This document shows, piece after piece, positions 18,635 to 27,197 of a DNA stretch of 64,000 nt. The position numbers were made by a program, and so were the translations under genes. Every line of letters starts with the position of its first letter. Position 1 is the stretch's first letter. The notes beneath the pieces were generated by a model. It was not told where the DNA came from. It worked only from the letters and a program-made list of their open reading frames with translations, and made no database searches. The stretch is from Minisyncoccia bacterium (lineage in GTDB: Bacteria > Patescibacteriota > Minisyncoccia > Phycocordibacterales > UBA918). The DNA is taken from contig CAXRCZ010000007.1 of NCBI GenBank assembly GCA_964229335.1, positions 59,275 to 123,274 of the forward strand. The letters are read 5' to 3'.

Positions 18635-20311
18635 ATGGTACGCAGAGTTTTTGATCTCATGTATAAAGAAATACGCGGCTTACATCAAGCCGCGTATATC
18701 CTGGCCCTGTTTGCTATTGGTTCACAGCTACTCGCGATAGTAAGAGATAGGTTGTTAGCGCATATATTCGGCGCTGGTCCTGAACTTGATATATATTACG
18801 CTGCCTTTCGTATACCAGATTTATTGTACGTATTATTTGCCTCGATACTGTCTGTATATGTTTTGCTACCGTTTGTTAATCGAGCCGAAGAAAAGAACGG
18901 TATCGCGGCTGGTGTTGCTGTTATCAGTCAAGTATTCTCGTTATTCTTGATTGGTTTCAGCGTTGTGGCTGGGGTATTGGCAATCACTGCGCCATGGTAT
19001 GTACCATACATATTTCCCGGTTTGGCCACTGAGGCGGGTACACTGACAGTTTTACTACAAATATTACTCTTGCAGGCCTTCTTCTTGGGACTATCCAGTC
19101 TGTGTGGGGTGGTTACCCAAATCGGACATCGGTTCGTCTTGTATGCTATCAGTCCGTTATTTTATAACCTAGGAATTATTATCGGTATCACAGTGTTTTA
19201 CCAATTCTTTGGGTTGGCTGGACTAGCGCTCGGTGTTGTTATTGGTGCTTTGGGGCATTTGGCAATACAGATTCCATTTGTGGTTACAAGCCAGTATCGA
19301 TTTACCTGGCAGCATAAAATTGAATGGAAGTTAATCAAAGAAATTCTAGTCGTAGCGATACCACGCGGACTTACTTTATCCGTAAATCAATTGGTTTTAT
19401 TGCTTTTAATTGGTATCGCAACCACCATGGCAGCGGGGTCTGTGTCGGTATTCCAGTTCGCTTTTAATTTGCAATCCGTGCCACTGGCGGTTATTGGTAT
19501 GAGTTATTCAGTAGCAGCATTTCCCACACTGTCCCGTATGTTGGCAAAAGGGAAGACTAAAGAGTTTAACTTACATCTTTTGACTGCACTGCGGCACATA
19601 ATATTTTGGTCAATTCCTATCATGGTCTTGATTGTGGTGTTACGAGCGCAGATTGTACGTGTATTACTCGGTAGTGGCGCGTTTGATTGGGCAGACACAA
19701 GATTGACAGCTGCAGTGTTAGCAGTGTTCGTTATATCGTTATTTGCACAAGCTATCTTGTTACTTTTGTTTCGAGCGTTTTATGCTGGCGGACGCACACT
19801 TGTGCCATTTTTAGTGGCTAGTATTTCTTCAGGATTAGCAATTATCACAGCTTTCTTGTTAGTTGATTTTTATGTGACTCAGCCGGCTTGGCAAATAGCA
19901 CTTAGAGATATGTTCCGTTTGCAAGATGTTATTGGAGCAGAGGTACTCATCCTTGCTTTTGCCTTTACAGTGAGTCAACTACTACAGCTAGTGATGTTAG
20001 TATTCTTGTCTCGAAAAACTTTTGGGATTAGTTATCGTCCGCTATATAAGCTTACCTTAAAGGCAATTCTAGCCAGTATGGTGGGTGGTATCATCGCCTA
20101 CGCCAGTCTGACGTTTGTGGTAGACGGTATCAATCAAAACACCTTTATTGGTATTTCACTACAAGGGCTGGTAGCTGGGGTCGCCGGAATCGTCGGTTCT
20201 GCACTAACATACTATGTACTTAGAGCACCAGAACTACAGGAAATCTACTATTCATTTAAGTCAAAGATTCTAAAAACAGACGTCATCGCTCCTGAACCAG
20301 AACGACTCTAG
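18635..20311 (+). CDS. murJ: Lipid II flippase MurJ/MviN
   Basis: N-terminal LLAIVRDRLLAHIFGAG..DIYYAAFRIPDLLY signature and about 14 TM helices. Confidence 0.85.
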   Translation: MVRRVFDLMYKEIRGLHQAAYILALFAIGSQLLAIVRDRLLAHIFGAGPELDIYYAAFRIPDLLYVLFASILSVYVLLPFVNRAEEKNGIAAGVAVISQVFSLFLIGFSVVAGVLAITAPWYVPYIFPGLATEAGTLTVLLQILLLQAFFLGLSSLCGVVTQIGHRFVLYAISPLFYNLGIIIGITVFYQFFGLAGLALGVVIGALGHLAIQIPFVVTSQYRFTWQHKIEWKLIKEILVVAIPRGLTLSVNQLVLLLLIGIATTMAAGSVSVFQFAFNLQSVPLAVIGMSYSVAAFPTLSRMLAKGKTKEFNLHLLTALRHIIFWSIPIMVLIVVLRAQIVRVLLGSGAFDWADTRLTAAVLAVFVISLFAQAILLLLFRAFYAGGRTLVPFLVASISSGLAIITAFLLVDFYVTQPAWQIALRDMFRLQDVIGAEVLILAFAFTVSQLLQLVMLVFLSRKTFGISYRPLYKLTLKAILASMVGGIIAYASLTFVVDGINQNTFIGISLQGLVAGVAGIVGSALTYYVLRAPELQEIYYSFKSKILKTDVIAPEPERL

Positions 20312-20372
20312 TAATTTTTATATTCTCAGGTAGAGTAAAGCCACTGTCATCGGCTAGGATGTCACTCTTGTT

Positions 20373-22157
20373 ATGAAAAATATCAGAAATTTCAGCATTA
20401 TTGCTCACATAGATCACGGAAAAAGTACTCTCGCAGATAGAATGCTAGAGGCGACAAAAACGGTAGAAGACCGAAAAATGAAAGCCCAGGTTTTGGATTC
20501 AATGGAGCTGGAGCGTGAGCGTGGCATTACTATCAAAATGCAGCCCGTTTCTATGCAGTATCAAAATGATTCGGGAGAATTTGAATTGAATCTAATTGAT
20601 ACACCCGGACACATCGATTTTTCCTATGAAGTTTCTCGAGCACTAAAAGCAGTCGAGGGTGTTTTACTGTTGGTAGACAGTACCCAAGGTATACAAGCCC
20701 AAACTCTGACCACGCTGCAAATGGCCAAGGAGCTTGGATTAGTTATCATCCCAGTTCTCACTAAGACCGACATGCCACACGCTCGCCCTGATGAAGTAGG
20801 GGAAGAAGTGACAAAATTGTTGGATTGTAATAAAGAGGACATACTACTAGTATCGGGAAAGACTGGTGAAGGTGTGCCAGAGCTACTCGAGGCTATATGC
20901 GCAACTATTCCAGCCCCACGGGAACCGCTAATGTCGGAATATAGAGGATTAATTTTTGATTTTCAATACTCCAACCATCGCGGCATCATCGTGTTTATGC
21001 GAGTGTTTGATGGTTCGGTCAAAAAAGGCGATGTACTGCAATTTGCTGCCAGTAAACGATCTTTCACGGCTTTGGATGTGGGTGTGGTCAAGCCCGAAGA
21101 AGCTCCACAATCAGAACTGACAGCCGGACAAATCGGCTATATAGTCACCGGTATTAAAGAGCCCGGTGTGGCAAGTGTGGGGGACACCTTGATTCCTAAT
21201 AAATCAGAAGTAGCACCTTTGTCTGGTCATCAGCTAGCAAGACCAGTGGTCTGGGCGTCTATTTTTCCAGAAAACCAAGATGAGTTTACAAGTTTGAGAC
21301 AAGCTCTAGAGCGCCTTAAATTATCCGACTCATCGCTTTCTTTTGAGGAAGAGTCGTCGGGTATATTAGGTCGAGGTTTCAGATGTGGATTCTTGGGGAT
21401 GCTTCACCTGGAGATAATTACCGAGCGCTTGAAACGCGAGTTTGCGATTGAGATTATTATTACCGCACCATCTATTTCCTACGAGGTGACTTGGCCTGAT
21501 GGGCAAACCGAAGAAATCTATGCTGCTACTCGGTTTCCTGAACATGGAGAAAAAGCCAGTATTAAAGAACCCTGGGTACTGGGCCAGATACTGATGCCAA
21601 GTGATTATATGGGTAACATTCTTACTTTGTTATATGAGCACGAAGGGTCCGTGATAGATACTGAGGTATTTAGTGATGGCCGCACCCTCTTGTCGATTGA
21701 AATGCCACTTCGCGAACTTATGAGAGGATTCTTTGATAGATTGAAGAATGCTAGCAGCGGATACGCCTCTTTTTCTTATGAGATTGCAGAAATACGGCCA
21801 GCCAGCGTTACTAAGTTGGACGTGTTGGTAGCAGAAGAAATAGTACCAGCGTTCTCTCGAGTAGTCGGCATGTCTCGAGCTGATACTGAAGCTAAAGCGA
21901 TTGTCGACAAGTTGTACAAAGCTCTGCCGCAACAGCAGTTTGTGACCAAAATTCAGGCTAAGGTCATGGGTAAAATTATTGCCACTAAAAAGCTCTCAGC
22001 CCTACGAAAGGACGTGACAGCCGGTCTCTACGGTGGTGATATTACTCGAAAAATGAAGCTTCGAGAAAAGCAAAAGAAAGGTAAACAAAAAGCTCTAGCC
22101 CGTGGTAAAGTCCACATCCCACCATCTGTGTTTATGGGTATGTTGAAGGATGATTAG
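20373..22157 (+). CDS. lepA: Elongation factor 4 (LepA)
   Basis: IRNFSIIAHIDHGKSTLADR, DTPGHIDF, and the LepA C-terminal domain. Confidence 0.92.
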   Translation: MKNIRNFSIIAHIDHGKSTLADRMLEATKTVEDRKMKAQVLDSMELERERGITIKMQPVSMQYQNDSGEFELNLIDTPGHIDFSYEVSRALKAVEGVLLLVDSTQGIQAQTLTTLQMAKELGLVIIPVLTKTDMPHARPDEVGEEVTKLLDCNKEDILLVSGKTGEGVPELLEAICATIPAPREPLMSEYRGLIFDFQYSNHRGIIVFMRVFDGSVKKGDVLQFAASKRSFTALDVGVVKPEEAPQSELTAGQIGYIVTGIKEPGVASVGDTLIPNKSEVAPLSGHQLARPVVWASIFPENQDEFTSLRQALERLKLSDSSLSFEEESSGILGRGFRCGFLGMLHLEIITERLKREFAIEIIITAPSISYEVTWPDGQTEEIYAATRFPEHGEKASIKEPWVLGQILMPSDYMGNILTLLYEHEGSVIDTEVFSDGRTLLSIEMPLRELMRGFFDRLKNASSGYASFSYEIAEIRPASVTKLDVLVAEEIVPAFSRVVGMSRADTEAKAIVDKLYKALPQQQFVTKIQAKVMGKIIATKKLSALRKDVTAGLYGGDITRKMKLREKQKKGKQKALARGKVHIPPSVFMGMLKDD

Positions 22158-22159
22158 AT

Positions 22160-22279
22160 TTACACCGCTCCTACACCACCAGAATAGGCAAAAATCATGC
22201 TGATTGCGATAATGGCTGCAAACACAATCCAAACCCACTTCACCGCTTTCTTGCCACGTTTATGAAATAGTATACTCAT
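22160..22279 (-). CDS. Very small membrane protein (hypothetical)
   Basis: 39 aa, MSILFHKRGKKAVKWVWIVFAAIIAISMIF..., a basic stretch followed by one TM helix. Confidence 0.3.
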   Translation of the reverse strand: MSILFHKRGKKAVKWVWIVFAAIIAISMIFAYSGGVGAV

Positions 22280-22382
22280 ACGCTCTATTCTACCTGAAGA
22301 TACTAATAATTTTAAGGGTTGATGGTAGTATAGTAGTGGTGTGTCTTTCCACACAGATTTATGTCTGCGAAAGATTATATTG

Positions 22383-22438
22383 GCCGCTCGTTACAGCCAT
22401 AATCTCCCTTGATAGGTCGATTCTGGCTAAACGCCGGC
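22383..22438 (+). repeat. 56-nt three-stem hairpin motif, copy 1 (candidate structured RNA leader)
   Basis: gccg-ct-cgt-tac-agcca-[24 nt with GTCGATTC]-tggct-aa-acg-c-cggc. Lies 43 nt upstream of the ftsB-like start. Confidence 0.6.
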
Positions 22439-22481
22439 ATAAATTCGCAATATTCGTGTTATCACACTCATTTGCTCATTC

Positions 22482-22865
22482 ATGTTTGATTTTTACCAAA
22501 AACGGAAAATCAGAGCTGTTCTAACTTCTGTCTATACCAGAATATTTTTGCTGATACTGGCCGTTCTGGTGGCTATGAGTGCCTATACGAGGTACAACAT
22601 TGCTGATCAAATGTCAGACCGCAGAGCTGAAGCTGAACGAGAAGTAGAGGAACTACAAACCCGCAAGGTAGAACTAGAAGAAAAAGTAAAATACCTCAAA
22701 GATGACCGCGGAATGGAGGCGGAAATGAGAAGACAGTTTGATGTGGCCCTACCTGAAGAAGAAGTAGTGGTGATAGTAGACGCTGAAAATGACCAGGGAG
22801 CAAATGTAATACTGCCCCTAGAGGCTCAAACCGAAGAGAGAAAATGGTACGAATTCTGGCGATAA
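22482..22865 (+). CDS. FtsB/DivIC-like septum formation initiator
   Basis: One TM helix followed by a coiled coil (EAEREVEELQTRKVELEEKVKYLK). Confidence 0.6.
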   Translation: MFDFYQKRKIRAVLTSVYTRIFLLILAVLVAMSAYTRYNIADQMSDRRAEAEREVEELQTRKVELEEKVKYLKDDRGMEAEMRRQFDVALPEEEVVVIVDAENDQGANVILPLEAQTEERKWYEFWR

Positions 22866-22927
22866 GTCGCTTACGGCGTCTCGGTAAATTTGGTATACTA
22901 TAGCAGTTAAGATATAAACTCATATTT

Positions 22928-23161
22928 ATGGAAGTAGCAATTTACACCACCCCAGTTTGTCATTTTTGTCAGTCAGCGAAAGAATTTTTCAAGGATCACA
23001 ATATTGAGTATACCGAACACGATGTAGCCGCTGATGCTGAAAAACGTGAAGAAATGATTGAAATGACTGGTCAAATGGGAGTGCCAGTGATACGAATAGG
23101 GGATGATGTTCTTATCGGGTTTGATGAACCAAAGCTAAAAGAACTACTGGAGATAGAATAA
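22928..23161 (+). CDS. Glutaredoxin-like protein (NrdH/YruB type)
   Basis: 77 aa with CHFC redox motif and GVPVI. Confidence 0.8.
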   Translation: MEVAIYTTPVCHFCQSAKEFFKDHNIEYTEHDVAADAEKREEMIEMTGQMGVPVIRIGDDVLIGFDEPKLKELLEIE

Positions 23162-23178
23162 TTTATAGAGATAATAAA

Positions 23179-23217
23179 ATCACCGCGTTAATGCATGCAT
23201 TAACGCGGTGATTTTTT
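23179..23217 (+). terminator. Rho-independent terminator
   Basis: tcaccgcgttaatgc / gcattaacgcggtga stem followed by tttttt. Confidence 0.8.
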
Positions 23218-23284
23218 GTTACAGTGAAAAATAAGAGAAAACACCCACCGAAGCGGATGAGTCTCCCGCTTGCGCGTAGGTGTT

Positions 23285-23701
23285 TTAGTTTGGGCTATAT
23301 TCGCGCCAAGGTACGACAGCTCCGTTGAGAGCAATATAGACACCTTTAGGAAGGTGCCGGATCGACCCTACCGCCATACCGAAGTTGAAGTCGACATCGG
23401 AACCAGGCTCACCTTCAGGCACACGACATCCAACAAGGACGATGGTACGAGCCCTGATTTCAGCAAGATGAGCAGCAGCTCGTTGTATTTTGTCGATATC
23501 GTGAATGACGATGTGGTTCGAGAAGTTCGCCTTGATGATGTAGTGTTCTGCAGTATCATAGCTGGCTTGCTTTCCGGTACAGGCTGGACAGAACATCACA
23601 GCCTCATCTTTAATGTGAGCTCGATCCAAAAGTGACTGGAGCGAGCGGCAGAAATTCTTGTATTCTCCATAAGGCATAATGCCAATCATTTCAAGACCCA
23701 T
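23285..23701 (-). CDS. Hypothetical protein, high-GC orphan
   Basis: ggagg RBS 5 nt before the ATG at 23701. 138 aa, no motif recognised. Terminator hairpin at 23232-23280. Confidence 0.6.
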   Translation of the reverse strand: MGLEMIGIMPYGEYKNFCRSLQSLLDRAHIKDEAVMFCPACTGKQASYDTAEHYIIKANFSNHIVIHDIDKIQRAAAHLAEIRARTIVLVGCRVPEGEPGSDVDFNFGMAVGSIRHLPKGVYIALNGAVVPWREYSPN

Positions 23702-23806
23702 CTGCGCCTCCAATTTTTAGGGTGCTATAAACTATCTAAATAATACACTAAAATAACGAACTGTCAAGTAATATTGCTAAATCACATTAGTTTCTTATCT
23801 AAAAGA

Positions 23807-23819
23807 AGGAGCAGACTCG
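23807..23819 (-). repeat. Copy of the tRNA-Phe 3' part (cgagtctgcTcct), distal boundary of the tRNA-Phe island
   Basis: 12/13 identity to cgagtctgcCcct in tRNA-Phe, in the same orientation. Abuts ttagtaactcgtgac. Confidence 0.6.
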
Positions 23820-24277
23820 GTCACGAGTTACTAAGTATATTTGTTCGTGATGCTCAAAATATTGCTTAGGGACATTGACTCGTCCTGGCGGTCACAAGGC
23901 TGAATTGAGTATCAAGATACTCAATTCAGCAAGTGCCGCGGGACACGCCTCGCTCGTTTTCAGCTCCAGGTAATGAGCTGAAAACATCGTTCCGGCGTTC
24001 GAGTCTGCACGCAAGCAAAGCAGTTTGCTTGCTCCCTGAGCAGTCAAAACCCCGCCAAGGGCGGGGTTTCTTTGTGCAGATGCACGGGACAATTCTCGAA
24101 CTTTTGATCTGAGAGTCCTTCACTCTATCAAGCAACTCGAACCACTCCAAAACGCAAACGACGACTCTGTTGAGCCGCCGATTGCTGATGTCGCGTAAGA
24201 GCGACTCTCTCAGCGCGACCGTACATAAAAACCCTCGATGCACGAATGCATCGAGGGTCTGCGGTAGCTAGCAATAG

Positions 24278-24772
24278 CTACTTGGGATTACGAACGAACA
24301 TCCAAGAAACGTTGCTGTCCCACCTGCGGTCGGGGTGACCGTTACGAGCGTAGATCCAGCGCCCGAAGTCGTCGCATACCACGCGGAACACGTTACGATC
24401 GCCTCCCGAGTCCACGATGGTTTCCATTGCCACAAGCGACCATTCGCCACGGGGCAACAGATCGTGGTCATGTAGCCAAAGCTGCGGGGCCGCTTCGGCA
24501 GGGCAGAGCGAGAGGTTGTGACTTTCGGCAGCAGCGTAAATCTGCGCTGTGGTCGCACCGTCTTCCAGTCCCAGCTCTTTGACCAACACCCGAACCAGGT
24601 CGAGCGGAGTTTCCGTATCCTCGAAGGTAGCCCGTTCGAGAATATCGTCACCCCAGTCGCCGATCCTGATGCCAGCATCTTCGAGGCGTTTGCGAGCTTC
24701 TTGAGCGCTTCCGAGATTCCCGACCGTGACTGTTTTCCAGGTCGGGAAGGTCGATTGTGTTGCAGTCTTCAT
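24278..24772 (-). CDS. Hypothetical protein, high-GC cargo of the tRNA-Phe island
   Basis: gggag RBS before the ATG. 164 aa. A spot count of one 60-nt line gave about 60% GC, against about 42% in a lepA line. Confidence 0.65.
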   Translation of the reverse strand: MKTATQSTFPTWKTVTVGNLGSAQEARKRLEDAGIRIGDWGDDILERATFEDTETPLDLVRVLVKELGLEDGATTAQIYAAAESHNLSLCPAEAAPQLWLHDHDLLPRGEWSLVAMETIVDSGGDRNVFRVVCDDFGRWIYARNGHPDRRWDSNVSWMFVRNPK

Positions 24773-24909
24773 TGAACATCTCCCGAGCCAGCTTCCGCCA
24801 GCTCATTTTGAGTGGCGGGTGGTTAACCCAGGAAAAACCTACCTGAATTCAATCACATATCGTGAATCTGTCAACTTGTGCCGTGACTCAGGAGAGCTAT
24901 CTTATTCTG

Positions 24910-25059
24910 ATGACTCACGACGAATGGCTGGAAGAATACATCGATATTTGCGCCACAATCTTCATACGACTGCAGCGAGAAGGACGACTGGAAGAGGTTC
25001 TGTCGACATATGAGAAGACTCGAACTGAGAAAGTCTTAGAAACCAACGATATTTCATGA
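24910..25059 (+). CDS. Small hypothetical protein
   Basis: aggagag RBS upstream of the ATG at 24910. 49 aa, followed by a terminator at 25104-25129. Confidence 0.3.
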   Translation: MTHDEWLEEYIDICATIFIRLQREGRLEEVLSTYEKTRTEKVLETNDIS

Positions 25060-25156
25060 CTTGAGAATCTGACTAAGATTTCTCGAAAGCTTGGAATACA
25101 AAAATACCGCTCAGGTGAGCGGTATTTTTGTGAGGCAGAAAAGCCGTCTCTTTTTG

Positions 25157-25230
25157 TGCTCAGGGGCAGACTCGAACTGCCGACACCTGGTTCTTCAGAC
25201 CAGTGCTCTAACCAACTGAGCTACCTGAGC
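25157..25230 (-). tRNA. tRNA-Phe(GAA)
   Basis: Acceptor gctcagg/cctgagc. Anticodon loop ctGAAga. T arm ggcag-ttcgagt-ctgcc. Confidence 0.92.
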
Positions 25231-25311
25231 ATTAGGTATTTATTTTACTCCACAACTAAGGAGTGCTCGCTATTGTACCGATTTTTACAATTAATTCAAT
25301 CTACTTATACG

Positions 25312-25590
25312 CTAAAACTCCAATTGATTGATATCAATACCGAATACCTCAAAAGTGTCCTGAAATGATTCGTAGTAAGGTGCTAAGAGATAGTAATACA
25401 GCAAGAAAGGTAATCCTAATACTATAGCTACCCATAGGATACGTAACCAGAATCCCCACACCATACTCCGATGGATTTTGTTTAGTAACTGATTGTTTTT
25501 AGATAAGAGCTCTTTGTTCTCAGTTATCATTTCCTCCAATTCTTCAGTGTGCCGACACTCTACTTCGGGTATTTTATTTTTATCCGACAT
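25312..25590 (-). CDS. Hypothetical membrane protein
   Basis: 92 aa, with a coiled N-terminus and 2 TM helices. Confidence 0.5.
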   Translation of the reverse strand: MSDKNKIPEVECRHTEELEEMITENKELLSKNNQLLNKIHRSMVWGFWLRILWVAIVLGLPFLLYYYLLAPYYESFQDTFEVFGIDINQLEF

Positions 25591-25655
25591 AGTTACCAGT
25601 ATAGCAAAAGAGTAGTTGATTATAGTGACTTTGTGCTACTCTAGGAAAATTAATT

Positions 25656-25730
25656 GTCCTTATAGTTTAATGGATAAAACGGCTCCCTCCTAAGGAGCAA
25701 ATCTAGGTTCGATTCCTAGTGAGGACACCA
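25656..25730 (+). tRNA. tRNA-Arg(CCT) with encoded CCA
   Basis: Acceptor gtcctta/tgaggac. Anticodon arm gctcc-ctCCTaa-ggagc. T arm ctagg-ttcgatt-cctag. Confidence 0.9.
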
Positions 25731-25893
25731 ATCAGCCGCCCTGAACACGAACGCGTTCAGGGCGTTGCTGTTGGTAGTACACTACTAGGAATCGAAAGAC
25801 GGAGCTGGTACACAAGACGAGCGTAGCGAGGGCTTGTCAGCGAGTCCGGGGAGGAAGTTCTTAACGAACGAAGTGAGTTTAGAAACTTGACCC

Positions 25894-25912
25894 CGATTCC
25901 TAGTAAGGATAC
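25894..25912 (+). repeat. Copy of the tRNA-Arg 3' end
   Basis: cgattcctagtAaggaTac vs tRNA 25710-25728 cgattcctagtGaggaCac (17/19), 184 nt downstream. Confidence 0.85.
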
Positions 25913-25915
25913 TGG

Positions 25916-26431
25916 TTATTTACTACCCGCTTTCACTTTGAGTTGCGTGGTGCGGTGCTTATCGAGTTTTGGTAGCTTTATTTCTAAGAGACCGTGTTTT
26001 TCTTGGGCGTCAGCTTCATCAATAGCCACTTCTTCAGGTAGGAGTAGGGTACGAGAAAAACTACCCCAAAATAATTCTCTGTGGAAATAACTATCGTCGT
26101 GAGCCTCTTGGAACTCTTCTCTTGAGCCACGGATAGTAACCATATCGCGGGTGATTGAGATATCTAAGTCAGAAGGACTAACACCAGCTACTAGAGCTCG
26201 AATTACAATATCGTCGTCTGTTTGATACATATCTACCGGCAACTCACCCTCACGCGGTTCGTTGCTTGAAACAGAGTCCTCCCATTCTTCATCAGCATCA
26301 TCAGAAAAAGAGACATTTAAATCCATGTCGGCATCATCGTCGCCAAAGTGATGAGAATCATCCAAGACACGATCATAGTCGTCTGATTGGCTGCTGCCAG
26401 TTATTCTTTCTAAAAATGAGGGTTTTTTCAT
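25916..26431 (-). CDS. Hsp20/alpha-crystallin small heat-shock protein with an acidic N-terminal extension
   Basis: ACD core: DMYQTDDDIVIRALVAGV...FSRTLLLPEEV...GLLEIKLPK. Confidence 0.8.
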   Translation of the reverse strand: MKKPSFLERITGSSQSDDYDRVLDDSHHFGDDDADMDLNVSFSDDADEEWEDSVSSNEPREGELPVDMYQTDDDIVIRALVAGVSPSDLDISITRDMVTIRGSREEFQEAHDDSYFHRELFWGSFSRTLLLPEEVAIDEADAQEKHGLLEIKLPKLDKHRTTQLKVKAGSK

Positions 26432-26437
26432 AGGTAC

Positions 26438-27133
26438 TTATCGTAATCGACGGGCTGGTCGTCGGATGCGTTTTATTTTTTCAAATAGGAAAAAGAGAAG
26501 TATTACTCCCATCCACACGACGAGAAAAACTCCTAAAATAGTTTCTCCGCTTGCATTCATTATAAAAAAGTTAAATAAGGCATGCAATACGATAGCAATG
26601 AATAACCCAACCATTCCAAACAACATCTGAGTCCATCGACTCTTGTAATATGCAAAAGCTAAGAATACACCTACAGTAGCTGAAGCTAGCACATGTAAGA
26701 GGGTAGCGCCGACAAATCGGAAGCTACCAGTAAGGGCAGAGTCAAGGTACGCACCGCTAATCAGCGGATTAAAGATGAACAAGGCGTTTTCAAGCGCTGC
26801 AAAGCCAAGTGCGATGGTTATCATGTAAATGACCATATCTATTGGTTCATCCACTTCTTTGTTCCATAATATGACTATCAAAGCGGCGGCATATTTGAGA
26901 AGTTCTTCCAGTATGACCCAGACGAGCACCACTGTTTTTCCGTCATATATATCAATAGCGTATTTTTGCAAGGGTAGTGCAATTGGTACCACTAGCATTC
27001 CTGCCAAAAAACTTAGTGCTACCAATAAATATGGTTCCGGATGCTCTTTATCTTCACGCAACCAAAACCATAGCCAGAAAAGAGCAGGGACAAGTCCAGC
27101 CAATAGCGCGATGGCAACGTACGAAGGATCCAT
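26438..27133 (-). CDS. PrsW-family intramembrane metalloprotease
   Basis: EELLKY and HALFN motifs in a protein with about 7 TM helices. Confidence 0.75.
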   Translation of the reverse strand: MDPSYVAIALLAGLVPALFWLWFWLREDKEHPEPYLLVALSFLAGMLVVPIALPLQKYAIDIYDGKTVVLVWVILEELLKYAAALIVILWNKEVDEPIDMVIYMITIALGFAALENALFIFNPLISGAYLDSALTGSFRFVGATLLHVLASATVGVFLAFAYYKSRWTQMLFGMVGLFIAIVLHALFNFFIMNASGETILGVFLVVWMGVILLFFLFEKIKRIRRPARRLR

Positions 27134-27197
27134 TGTTTGTTTATTGTAACAAACAGCACGGCACCATTTGGACGCCGTGCTGTTTATATGGTTCTAC

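Noticed and set aside
23940-24020. Possible plus-strand tRNA gene containing cggcgttcgagtctgc.
   Set aside because: The T-stem does not pair because one base is missing relative to tRNA-Phe, and there is no cloverleaf. It is treated as an inverted tRNA-Phe fragment.
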